Notes under the pieces: generated by a model
Seen by the model: the letters and a program-made list of their open reading frames with translations, nothing else
Databases searched by the model: none
Told to the model about the DNA's origin: nothing
In this document: in pieces, positions 1-7,514 of the stretch
How positions within the stretch are numbered: position 1 is the first letter of the stretch
How the letters are laid out: each line of letters begins with the position of its first letter
Program-made: the position numbers and the translations under genes
Source: Myxococcales bacterium
GTDB taxonomy: Bacteria; Myxococcota_A; UBA9042
DNA length: 11,276 nt
Assembly: GCA_037441385.1 (NCBI GenBank)
Contig: JBBISH010000165.1
Span: forward strand, 1-11,276
Reading direction: 5' to 3'

Positions 1-1368
1 GTCGCTCATCGGCGGATTGCTGCAGCCTTTTTGTGCGTCGCAGACGTCGGCGGTGCAGGCGTTGCCGTCCGGGCAGGCGGTGTCTTGCGGCGTGTGCTGG
101 CAGCCCTTTTGCGCGTCGCAGGTGTCGAGCGTGCAGGCGACCTTGTCGTCGCAGAGGGTGTCGGTCGGCTTGCCGGTGGCGTTACAATTGCTTTTGCCGT
201 CGCAGACTTCGACGGTGCAGGCCACGCCGTCGCCCTCGCAGACCACGGTCGGGTCCTTGGGCAAGGCGACGCAGGTCTTGGCGGCCACGGCGTCGCACGA
301 GCCGGTCTTGCAGGGGCCGTCTTTGTCGGCGCAGGCGGTGTCGTCCGGTGTGTGCAGGCAAGTGCCCTTGCCGTCGCACGAATCGACGGTGCAGCCGATG
401 TCGTCGCTGGTGCAGGCCGCGGCGGCGGGCAAGTTGCTCCACACGGTCTGGCTCTGGGCCGGGTCGCAGATTTGGCAAGGATTCTGCGGGTTCAGGGCCT
501 TGGCGGCGACGCAGGCGTCGTCGGCGGTGATGAGGCACGAGTTGGGGTTGGCGCCCTGGCTCTCGCAGGTGCCGGCTTTGCACAGGCCCAGCAGGCACGG
601 TTTGCCGGGGGTGCAGGCGGCGCCCTCGCCCAGGTCGGTGAATTGCTTGGGGTCCTTGGCCGGGTCGCAGATCTGGCAGGTCAGGTCGGCGGTCTTGGGC
701 TCGCCTTTGACCATGCAGCGTGGCTTGCCGCCGTCTTGCACCAGGCACGTGTCGGCCTTGAGGGTGGATGAGTCGCAAGTGCCCTTGCCGTCGCACGAAT
801 CTACCGTGCAGTCCAAGCTGTCTTGGCACGGGCTGCCCTTGGCGGTGGGGGACCAGTCGGTCTTGCTTTGGGCGGGATCGCATTGCAGGCAGGGGTTGGT
901 GGGGTGGGTGGCGTTGGCGGCAATACAGGCGCCGGCAATGGCGCACCAGCCCGAGTCAATTTGCTGGGTGTTCTCGCACGCGGCCGTGGCGGAGCAGGTG
1001 GCGTGGGTGCACGGGAGGTTGTCGGTGTCCGCGCACGTCGCGCCAGCGGGCTTGGCGGCGACGCCGCAGCGCAGGTTCTGGCAAGTCGCCATGGCGCAAG
1101 GGGCGAGCGGCTTGCTTGGCCAGGTGCCCAGGTTGACTAGGGTTTGGCAGTCGGTGTCGGTTGTGCAGGCTGGGCCGTCGCCGGTGGGGCCGGCGTCACT
1201 TTGGGGCGTGCCACTATCTAGGGCGTCGCCCCCCAGGCCAGTGTCGATCGCAATCGACGTGGCGTCAGCGCTCGACGTGCTCGTCGCGGTTGCCGACTTG
1301 GCGTCGCTGCAGGCGGTGCAGACCATGGCGACGACCAGAAAGTTCACAGTGACTGAGTTCTTGCTCAT
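1..1368 (-). CDS. Cysteine-rich secreted lipoprotein (CxxDxCD-type repeats); 3' end lies outside the window
   Basis: Not in the ORF track because it has no stop in the window. Manual translation from ATG at 1368 gives MSKNSVTVNFLVVAMVCTAC|SDAKSATATSTSSADA..., a signal peptide with lipobox-like Cys and a Ser/Thr/Asp linker. It continues with repeats such as NPCLQCDPAQSKTDWS / NPCQICDPAQSQTVWS, CTVDSCDGKGTC (x2) and CTLDTCDAQKGC / CTADVCDAQKGC. The frame stays open to base 1. Confidence 0.88.
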   Translation of the reverse strand, partial: MSKNSVTVNFLVVAMVCTACSDAKSATATSTSSADATSIAIDTGLGGDALDSGTPQSDAGPTGDGPACTTDTDCQTLVNLGTWPSKPLAPCAMATCQNLRCGVAAKPAGATCADTDNLPCTHATCSATAACENTQQIDSGWCAIAGACIAANATHPTNPCLQCDPAQSKTDWSPTAKGSPCQDSLDCTVDSCDGKGTCDSSTLKADTCLVQDGGKPRCMVKGEPKTADLTCQICDPAKDPKQFTDLGEGAACTPGKPCLLGLCKAGTCESQGANPNSCLITADDACVAAKALNPQNPCQICDPAQSQTVWSNLPAAAACTSDDIGCTVDSCDGKGTCLHTPDDTACADKDGPCKTGSCDAVAAKTCVALPKDPTVVCEGDGVACTVEVCDGKSNCNATGKPTDTLCDDKVACTLDTCDAQKGCQHTPQDTACPDGNACTADVCDAQKGCSNPPMSD

Positions 1369-1442
1369 AGAGCAAGCGTGCCGGGAACGCGAAGCCCTGT
1401 CTAGGTCCCGGCAAAGCCGTGGAAGCGCGACCGAACGTCCGC

Positions 1443-1448
1443 TATACT
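1443..1448 (+). promoter_or_regulatory. Possible sigma70 -10 element (TATACT) for the first DUF4160/DUF2442 operon
   Basis: TATACT lies ~42 nt upstream of the ATG at 1490 in a divergent intergenic region. There is no convincing -35. Confidence 0.3.
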
Positions 1449-1489
1449 GGGAGCGCAGGCCGGGACGGTCCGCAAACGGGCGTTGCAGC

Positions 1490-1750
1490 ATGCCAGAAAT
1501 CAGCCGCTTCTTCGGCATTCTGATCTCGATCAACTACAACGACCACGCGCCACCCCATTTTCACGTGCGCTACGGCGATGGTCAGGCGGCCATTCGCATT
1601 GCCGATTTTGCGGTTATGGCCGGTCACTTGTCACCAAGAGCGCTGGCCCTGACGGTGGAGTGGGCGGCCCAGCATCAACAAGAACTTCTGCAAGACTGGG
1701 AGCTTGCCCGTAGTGGCCAGGCTCTCAAGCCGATTGCGCCGCTGGAGTAG
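1490..1750 (+). CDS. DUF4160 domain protein (putative type II TA toxin), 86 aa
   Basis: MPEISRFFGILISINYNDHAPPHFHVRYG...EWAAQHQQELLQDW...PIAPLE matches the typical DUF4160 pattern. The real start is ATG 1490; the ORF track fuses it to an antisense shadow starting at 17. Confidence 0.92.
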   Translation: MPEISRFFGILISINYNDHAPPHFHVRYGDGQAAIRIADFAVMAGHLSPRALALTVEWAAQHQQELLQDWELARSGQALKPIAPLE

Positions 1751-1752
1751 CC

Positions 1753-2025
1753 ATGGCCGAGCTTGTAGATGTGGTCGCAGTTGTGGCGAGGTGGCCGCTA
1801 AGACTGGAGTTGCGGTTCTCGGACGGTTTTGACGGGACAGTGGACCTGGGGCCGAGGCTGCAAGGGCAGGGGCTTGTTGCCGAAATTGTTGAAAGTAGAG
1901 ACCTGTTCCTGGCGGCTACGGTGGACCGCGAGCGCGGGGTCGTATGCTGGCCCAATGGGCTCGACTTCGACTCCGACGTCTTGAGGGCGTGGGCGGACGG
2001 GCGCGAGGGGCCGGAATGGGCGTAG
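1753..2025 (+). CDS. DUF2442 domain protein (putative antitoxin partner), 90 aa
   Basis: LELRFSDGFDGTVDL...GVVCWPNGLDFDSDVL is the DUF2442 signature. It starts 2 nt after the DUF4160 stop, with GGAG just upstream. Confidence 0.9.
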   Translation: MAELVDVVAVVARWPLRLELRFSDGFDGTVDLGPRLQGQGLVAEIVESRDLFLAATVDRERGVVCWPNGLDFDSDVLRAWADGREGPEWA

Positions 2026-2208
2026 ATCCGAGCTTGGACGGCGACCAGTTCGGCGCAGACTCTATTCGAACAAGCTGACACTTTGGGCGAACCCCGGCTG
2101 CGCCGGGTCCCGTGCTAGGCGCGGCGGCCTGACGGCTCGCGCGCCCAGAGACGCGGCCGGGCCAGGCGCCCGCCCGCGCCTCTGCCCATACGGGTTACGC
2201 CCGGTTTC

Positions 2209-2236
2209 GCTCCATTTTACTGCAGTAAAATGGGGC
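2209..2236. repeat. Perfect 22-bp palindrome CCATTTTACTGCAGTAAAATGG (2212-2233), extendable to 28 bp with one mismatch
   Basis: Read directly from the sequence; AT-rich within a GC-rich intergenic region. Confidence 0.9.
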
Positions 2237-2400
2237 CGCCCTTGGCCGGGGACGCAGCTGTCACCGCTCCTATCCCGCCTGACCTGCGAACCCCGATGGT
2301 GCTGGATCTAAACCAATACCTGGTTCGCGGACCGCGTGCGACAAACCGTCGAGCGTGCTACGCTCACGCACCGCTCAAGCCAACCGCACACGCAGGCCCC

Positions 2401-3276
2401 ATGCCAACCATCGCAAGCGAAATCCACCGCTACTTGAAGTCGGGCCAAAGCGACCCGATGGCCCGCGCGTGGCCCCAGCCAACCGTCCTGGCTCGCACCC
2501 AGGCGGCCAAGCACGAGCTGCGCACTGCCCTCATCGCCGAGCTGCACCACCGCTGCGGCGATCGGCGCCCACCCGCCGACATCGACGACGAAGCAGCCCG
2601 CGCGCTGGTCCTCGCCAGGGTGGAGCCGATGGTGCGCGGGCTGTTCCCCGCGGACGAGCAAGAGACCGTGCTCGCCGCCGTAGCGACCCGCGTCGTCTTC
2701 CTGACCGCCGGCCGCATCGAGCAGGCCATCCGCACCGCGTCGTTCGACTCCAACGCCTGGTCCATCGCCAACACGTACTTGGTGAGCGTGGGCGCCAAGC
2801 CGCTGGCCCCCAGCCACGCCGGCATCTTGGGCCTGTCGACGGACCAGGCCTGCTACGTCACCGCGCAGTACCTCCAGCTGGCTTGCGAACACGACGATTA
2901 CGTCGTCCACGAGGTCGCCCACAGCTTCCCCGACTGCCACTGCACGGCGCTGGGGCTGCAGCGGACCGAGCGGCGCAAGTACCCGCTCGACATCCACTTT
3001 GCCCACCACGAGACGTTCGCCTACGCCTGCGAGTTCTACGCCTGCATCGCCCGCGCGGAGCCTGGGCGCAAGGGTCGGCTCGCGCGCCTGGACGCTCTGG
3101 CCAGGACCTGGACCGGCAACGGGCAGCACGTGGAGCCGGCTCTGGTGACGGACATCCTGCGCCAGGCGATTCATGCGCGCGATGGTTGGCGTGTCATCCG
3201 CATGCGCTGTCGGTCGGATGAGGCGGCGCGCATGTTGTACGGGGAAGCGAGCGGGCTTGGGCCGGGCGGCAGCTGA
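2401..3276 (+). CDS. Hypothetical protein with zincin-like HExxH motif (putative metallopeptidase), 291 aa
   Basis: The likely start is ATG 2401 (MPTIASEIHRYLKSGQSDP...), where strong GC3 codon bias begins. It contains DDYVVHEVAH (HEVAH at 2908-2922) and, 29 residues later, ETFAYACE (starting 3010). Confidence 0.8.
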   Translation: MPTIASEIHRYLKSGQSDPMARAWPQPTVLARTQAAKHELRTALIAELHHRCGDRRPPADIDDEAARALVLARVEPMVRGLFPADEQETVLAAVATRVVFLTAGRIEQAIRTASFDSNAWSIANTYLVSVGAKPLAPSHAGILGLSTDQACYVTAQYLQLACEHDDYVVHEVAHSFPDCHCTALGLQRTERRKYPLDIHFAHHETFAYACEFYACIARAEPGRKGRLARLDALARTWTGNGQHVEPALVTDILRQAIHARDGWRVIRMRCRSDEAARMLYGEASGLGPGGS

Positions 3277-3343
3277 AGTGGCGACTTTGGGCAAGAAGCC
3301 TGCCGGTGGCACATTGGCGCCGTCCGTGCCTTCCGGCCCCGCA

Positions 3344-3384
3344 GACCGCGGACGATTTCGCTCACGTGCGTCGCCAGGATGTGC
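3344..3384 (-). repeat. 41-bp near-identical copy (39/41) of higA bases 4526-4566; gene remnant
   Basis: GACCGCGGACGATTTCGCTCACGtGCGTCGCCaGGATGTGC versus GACCGCGGACGATTTCGCTCACGcGCGTCGCCgGGATGTGC. The minus strand reads HILATHVSEIVRG versus HIPATRVSEIVRG in HigA. Confidence 0.9.
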
Positions 3385-3432
3385 CTTGGGCGTGCGAGGC
3401 GGCGCAACGCCCGGCACGCCGGCGAATGCCCC

Positions 3433-3460
3433 TTGCGCCGTACCGTTGCGCTCGTAGACT
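3433..3460 (+). promoter_or_regulatory. Putative sigma70 promoter for the second DUF4160/DUF2442 operon
   Basis: TTGCGC (3433-3438), 16-nt spacer, TAGACT (3455-3460). It is followed by a GGGAGG ribosome-binding site at 3471-3476 and a GTG start at 3481. Confidence 0.45.
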
Positions 3461-3480
3461 GTAGGGGTGCGGGAGGTTGC

Positions 3481-3970
<490 letters not shown>

Positions 3971-4047
3971 GGGCTGCAGCCCGGCCTTACCGGATGGCTA
4001 CCAGCGCCGTTTAGGTGTTAGAAACCTGAGCGATTCTTGACACTTGA

Positions 4048-4206
4048 CCCTCACCCCGCCGCCTACGGCGGCAGCCCCTCTCCCAACGCAGAGACTGTTG
4101 CAAAGGTATGTTCGCAGAATTCTGACGCCAATACATTCAATCGGTTGCACGGCGAAAGCACCCGAATTCGACCCTTATGCAACAACCTCCGCATTGGGCG
4201 AGGGGC
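4048..4206 (+). repeat. REP-like palindromic element, copy 1, interrupted by a MITE in its loop
   Basis: CCCTCACCCC, then a GCCGCC-TAC-GGCGGC hairpin, then stem GCCCCTCTCCCAA (4074-4086) pairing with TTGGGCGAGGGGC (4194-4206) at 12/13 positions. Confidence 0.8.
4091..4189. mobile_element. 99-bp MITE (non-autonomous IS derivative) with 4-bp target-site duplication CGCA
   Basis: The ends GAGACTGTTGCAAAGG and (reverse complement) GAGGTTGTTGCATAAG match at 12/16. CGCA flanks both sides (4087-4090 and 4190-4193). Hand count is about 48/99 G+C, well below the flanks. Removing the insert restores an intact hairpin. Confidence 0.8.
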
Positions 4207-4225
4207 AAGGCATTTTCCTTTACCA

Positions 4226-4274
4226 CTCGCCCACTTAAGTGGGAGAGGGGGCGGCCGCAGGCCGGGGGTGAGGG
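4226..4274 (-). repeat. REP-like palindromic element, copy 2, inverted relative to copy 1
   Basis: The reverse complement reads CCCTCACCCC-CGGCC-TGC-GGCCG-CCCCCTCTCCCACTT|AAGTGGGCGAG. It has the same layout as copy 1 and the same T/C mismatch in the main stem. Confidence 0.8.
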
Positions 4275-4367
4275 CTTTCGGCGCCGTCCCAGAGTAGGCA
4301 AGCGGTAAGGCAGGAAATTGCCTTTCGGCCGCCTGCGGGGCCATGGATCATGGGCAGGACCTCTCGA

Positions 4368-4670
4368 TCACGCCGCCCGCGGCCGCACTTGCAGGGCGAT
4401 CTGCGCGCCGGTGTCGCGCTGGGCCACGCGCAGGTCATATTCGGCCTGCAGACCCAGCCAGAACTCCGAGGTGGTGCCGAAGTAGCGGCTCAGCCGCAGG
4501 GCCGTGTCTGCGCTGATGGCGCGCCGACCGCGGACGATTTCGCTCACGCGCGTCGCCGGGATGTGCAGGTCCAGCGCGAGTGCGTGCGCGGAGAGGCTGA
4601 GCGGTAGAAGGAACTCTTCGTGCAGGATTTCGCCTGGGTGGATTGGGGTTAGCAGGGGTTCGGTGTTCAT
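4368..4670 (-). CDS. higA: HigA-family antitoxin (XRE HTH), 100 aa
   Basis: PIHPGEILHEEFLLPLSLSAHALALDLHIPATRVSEIVRGRRAISADTALRLSRYFGTTSEFWLGLQAEYDL is the canonical HigA pattern. It lies downstream of higB. Confidence 0.96.
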   Translation of the reverse strand: MNTEPLLTPIHPGEILHEEFLLPLSLSAHALALDLHIPATRVSEIVRGRRAISADTALRLSRYFGTTSEFWLGLQAEYDLRVAQRDTGAQIALQVRPRAA

Positions 4671-4679
4671 TGCAACGCC

Positions 4680-4958
4680 TCAGTGGTAATCGACCAGGGC
4701 AACGTCAAAGGCCTCGCCGTCGACAAAGCGGAAGCAAACGCGCCACTGGTCGTTGACGCGGATGCTGTATTGGCCGGCGCGGTCGCCTGTCAGAGCTTCC
4801 AGGCGATTCCCTGGCGGCACCCGCAAATCGGCCAGGACCACAGCGCGGTGAAGCATCATGAGCTTGCGCCGAGCTGCTCGCTCAATTGCCTGAAATGCCT
4901 TGACATCTTCGTCGTGGAAGAGTCGTTCGGTCTGGCGGTCGGCGAATGCGCGGATCAT
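4680..4958 (-). CDS. higB: HigB-family (RelE/ParE superfamily) toxin, 92 aa
   Basis: MIRAFADRQTERLF...LRVPPGNRLEALTGDRAGQYSIRVNDQWRVCFRF...VDYH is the canonical HigB pattern, with toxin-first gene order. The start is ATG at 4958 rather than 4988. Confidence 0.96.
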   Translation of the reverse strand: MIRAFADRQTERLFHDEDVKAFQAIERAARRKLMMLHRAVVLADLRVPPGNRLEALTGDRAGQYSIRVNDQWRVCFRFVDGEAFDVALVDYH

Positions 4959-4993
4959 ACGTATAGCGTAGAACGTGTCGCGTAGCATGTCAA
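4958..4993 (-). promoter_or_regulatory. higBA promoter (leaderless) with two tandem operator-like inverted repeats
   Basis: The minus strand reads TTGACA (4993-4988), 17 nt, TACGCT (4970-4965), 6 nt, then ATG, with no Shine-Dalgarno. Overlapping repeats are TACG-CGACA-CGTT (4984-4972) and TACG-CTATA-CGTA (4970-4958). Confidence 0.78.
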
Positions 4994-5295
4994 ACGTGGA
5001 TTGGCGACGCGTCTCGGTTTGGGCCCCTGGTCAGGTTTGGGTATTGCTGGGGCGGCGCGACGGCCACGGGATCGTCGGACGTGGCTTGGGTCGGGGGGTT
5101 GGAGCCCTAACGTCATGAACTTGTCACGGGTTTCGCCGGCAGACGAATACGGCAAGCCCCGTATGCCACTGGCGGGCAGGGGCGTCCACTCACAGAGACA
5201 TACACTGTGCAGACAAGTCCGAGTACTCTTTACTGTTTTTTGGTCATGCTATACGTTGGAACCACGCGGCCACCTCGGCGGCCTTGGAGACCCAG

Positions 5296-5496
5296 ATGAC
5301 GACCAGCGACAGCAATGCCCCGTGCGCTCACAAGATCATCGGCCCCGCGCAATTTCTCGGCGAAACCGGCCCGCTCTGCGACGCTTGCGGCGAGACGTTG
5401 CCGTGCCCACACCCCATGGACGAATGTCAGCGCGACACATTTCTCGGCGGCGAGTCCATCGTGACGTGCAAGTGGTGTGGTGAACAGCTCAGATAG
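5296..5496 (+). CDS. Small Cys/His-rich protein, two tandem zinc-finger-like repeats, 66 aa
   Basis: GGAG (5286-5289) precedes ATG 5296. Repeats are PCAH...FLGE...CDACGETL and PCPH...FLGG...CKWCGEQL. A possible promoter is TTTACT-17-TACGTT at 5229-5257. Confidence 0.65.
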   Translation: MTTSDSNAPCAHKIIGPAQFLGETGPLCDACGETLPCPHPMDECQRDTFLGGESIVTCKWCGEQLR

Positions 5497-5729
5497 GTTT
5501 CACGACCTATGGGGTGGCGGAGGTTCTGCCGGTGCATCTTGGGCAGCAACACGCAACGTACGTAGTAGGCCCATGAGAGGTGCTAACTGGCAGCAGTATC
5601 TGGAGATCCTCTGGTGGAACGGGTTGCACCAAACTTGGGCAAGAACCGGGCAGCCAGGTCGCCCCCTTGGAGGCTGTAATCAGGTACTGCCGCAAGCTTT
5701 CCTGATGCTAACAGGCTGATTGCGGCCGC

Positions 5730-7514
5730 CTAGTGCACTGCGATGAGGCGCACATCCTGAGGCACGCCGGAGTAGTTCGCCAGCCTGACAACCCCTGCCT
5801 TGGGCTGAGAAAGGACCATGCCCGAGGTTCCCGCCTGAGCCTCGAGCGGTGCGCTGCCGACTACCCATACCGGCGACGAGATGCCGGCGACTTGCCCGTC
5901 CACGCGAATTCGGCCAGCCGAGCCGGCGGCACAGCCTTTCGAGTTTCCTCCCACTGCAGAGACGGTCCCGGCGAGGGCAACCTGCCCTCCCTGAAGCCAG
6001 ATCGTGCCGCCGGCCCCGCCTCCGCCGCAACCGGCCATGATCTGGCTGGGATACAGGAGGCTGCCAGGACCGCCTCCGTCGGCAACTATCGCTCCACCGG
6101 CCGGCACGATGATCTTGGCCGCAGTGATCTTCACGGCGCCCCCGCCGCCACCACCGGACCCTCCTGCTGCGGAGTAGTAGCACGCCCAGGGCGTCATTGG
6201 CTGTGGGCCCACTACGCTGCCTGCCGCGCCGCCGCCTGAACCGCCAAGAAGCCCTTGGGAAAGGTTTGCATCGTTGATGGATGCCCCGCCCACGCCGCCT
6301 GCAAGCGATTGCTGGCTCGCGCCGGCAGACCCCTGCGTCGCGTGACCGCCACCACCGCCACTCGCGCCGGTGGCCCCTGGACACTGCTGGCTGTAGTTAC
6401 CTGCAGTGGGTGACTCGCCGGGGCCGCCCGGCCCAGGGCCGGAACCAGGTTTTGCGGAACCCAGCAGCGAAGCACCGCCAGCAAAGCCGCCCCCGCCGCC
6501 GCCAGCGCCGCCGTCGGCACCCTTCGAGCCCATCGCGCTGCCAGGCAGACCTGCCAGGTTCAGCTTGCCGGCGATTCTTGCCGTTGACGAGACGTTCAGG
6601 ACGAGGGGAGACGTCCCTACGACGGTCAGGGTCGCTGTGGGGGATATGGTAAAATTCGCGAAGTTGTACGTCCCGGAAGCCAATGTCATGTCAGCGCTTG
6701 CCACGAAATCACCTTGGTCACCAGTGCCGCAAGCGGCGCAGAACGGTGCAGCAGTGGCGGCGGGGCCAACAAGCGTCCACGACCCGTCCTTGTTGCCGAC
6801 CCAGCCCGTCACGGCCACAGTACCATCTGAGACACCCGTTGCTATTTCGAGGAACCCGCCATTGGGAAGGCCGTCCTTCTTTGCGGTCCACACGGTTGGG
6901 GTGGCCACGCACTTGGCGGCCCCAGAAATTTCAACGCCAACGAGGGCGCTGCCAACTGGACACACCTGGCCGCCAACCAGGACGCCAGTCAGCTTGGACC
7001 CGTCTCCGACAAGAAAGCTTGCGGTAATGACCTTTGCACTCAGGCTCTTCTCGCCAAGCGCCACGTCCTGGTCAAACACCAGTGAAGACACGGGCACGCA
7101 ACCTGTGCACTCCAAGCCTTCAGCAACCCCAGCCCGCAGCGCAAACGGCACGGACCGCCAAGCCTTCCGCCCCATCTCCGGATCCCCGCCCACCGCCAAC
7201 GTAATCCAGCTCCCCTGCGCCGCCACACCGGCATCCAGCGGCTTGCTGACGCCCAGCGCCTGCGAGAACACGCCGTTCTTCACCGCCACCTGCAGCGGGC
7301 CCTCTTCCCACACCGGCGTGCCGCCCTGGGCATCCTTGTAGATCCGGAACACCACCGCGTAATTCCCGTCCGCCACCGGCCCGCCGCCCTGCGCCGTGAG
7401 CACGCCGTCGGCCAGCAGCGAGGTCGGCACCGTCGCCGCCTCGGCAGACCCGGCCAGCAGCAGCGCCGCGCCCAAGAAGGCAGCCTTCATCCACAGTTTC
7501 GCTTGGTTGCTCAC
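5730..7514 (-). CDS. Secreted Gly-rich surface/fibre-like protein, 594 aa
   Basis: GTG 7514 overlaps the upstream stop (GTGA) and follows an AAGGGGG RBS. A signal peptide ends AEA|A. The N-terminal VPTSLLADGVL..GP.ADG.Y...FRIY....GG..VWEE...V.V.NGVF...LG...SVPFA segment is followed by CTGC, long GGGGG/GGSGG tracts and GRIRVD. Confidence 0.88.
   Translation of the reverse strand: MSNQAKLWMKAAFLGAALLLAGSAEAATVPTSLLADGVLTAQGGGPVADGNYAVVFRIYKDAQGGTPVWEEGPLQVAVKNGVFSQALGVSKPLDAGVAAQGSWITLAVGGDPEMGRKAWRSVPFALRAGVAEGLECTGCVPVSSLVFDQDVALGEKSLSAKVITASFLVGDGSKLTGVLVGGQVCPVGSALVGVEISGAAKCVATPTVWTAKKDGLPNGGFLEIATGVSDGTVAVTGWVGNKDGSWTLVGPAATAAPFCAACGTGDQGDFVASADMTLASGTYNFANFTISPTATLTVVGTSPLVLNVSSTARIAGKLNLAGLPGSAMGSKGADGGAGGGGGGFAGGASLLGSAKPGSGPGPGGPGESPTAGNYSQQCPGATGASGGGGGHATQGSAGASQQSLAGGVGGASINDANLSQGLLGGSGGGAAGSVVGPQPMTPWACYYSAAGGSGGGGGGAVKITAAKIIVPAGGAIVADGGGPGSLLYPSQIMAGCGGGGAGGTIWLQGGQVALAGTVSAVGGNSKGCAAGSAGRIRVDGQVAGISSPVWVVGSAPLEAQAGTSGMVLSQPKAGVVRLANYSGVPQDVRLIAVH

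Noticed and set aside
17..1489. N-terminal ~490 aa of the 577-aa + strand ORF, an apparent large fusion to DUF4160
   Set aside because: It is the antisense shadow of the minus-strand Cys-rich gene (Q/S/V/P-rich pattern). DUF4160 has its own ATG at 1490.
3971..3982. 12-bp palindrome GGGCTGCAGCCC right after the DUF2442 stop
   Set aside because: It is short, GC-rich and has no U-tract, so it cannot be called a terminator or operator.
4037..4344. Short ORFs across the REP/MITE region
   Set aside because: The region is explained by non-coding repeats and the MITE, and the translations show no protein features.
5117..5220. Possible second MITE bounded by ACTTGTC (5119-5125) and GACAAGT (5212-5218)
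   Set aside because: The inverted repeat is only 7-9 bp and has no target-site duplication, so it is compatible with chance.
5497..5729. Lower-GC spacer with short ORFs (5507-5695 minus, 5477-5719 plus)
   Set aside because: No RBS, codon bias or motif support; left unannotated.
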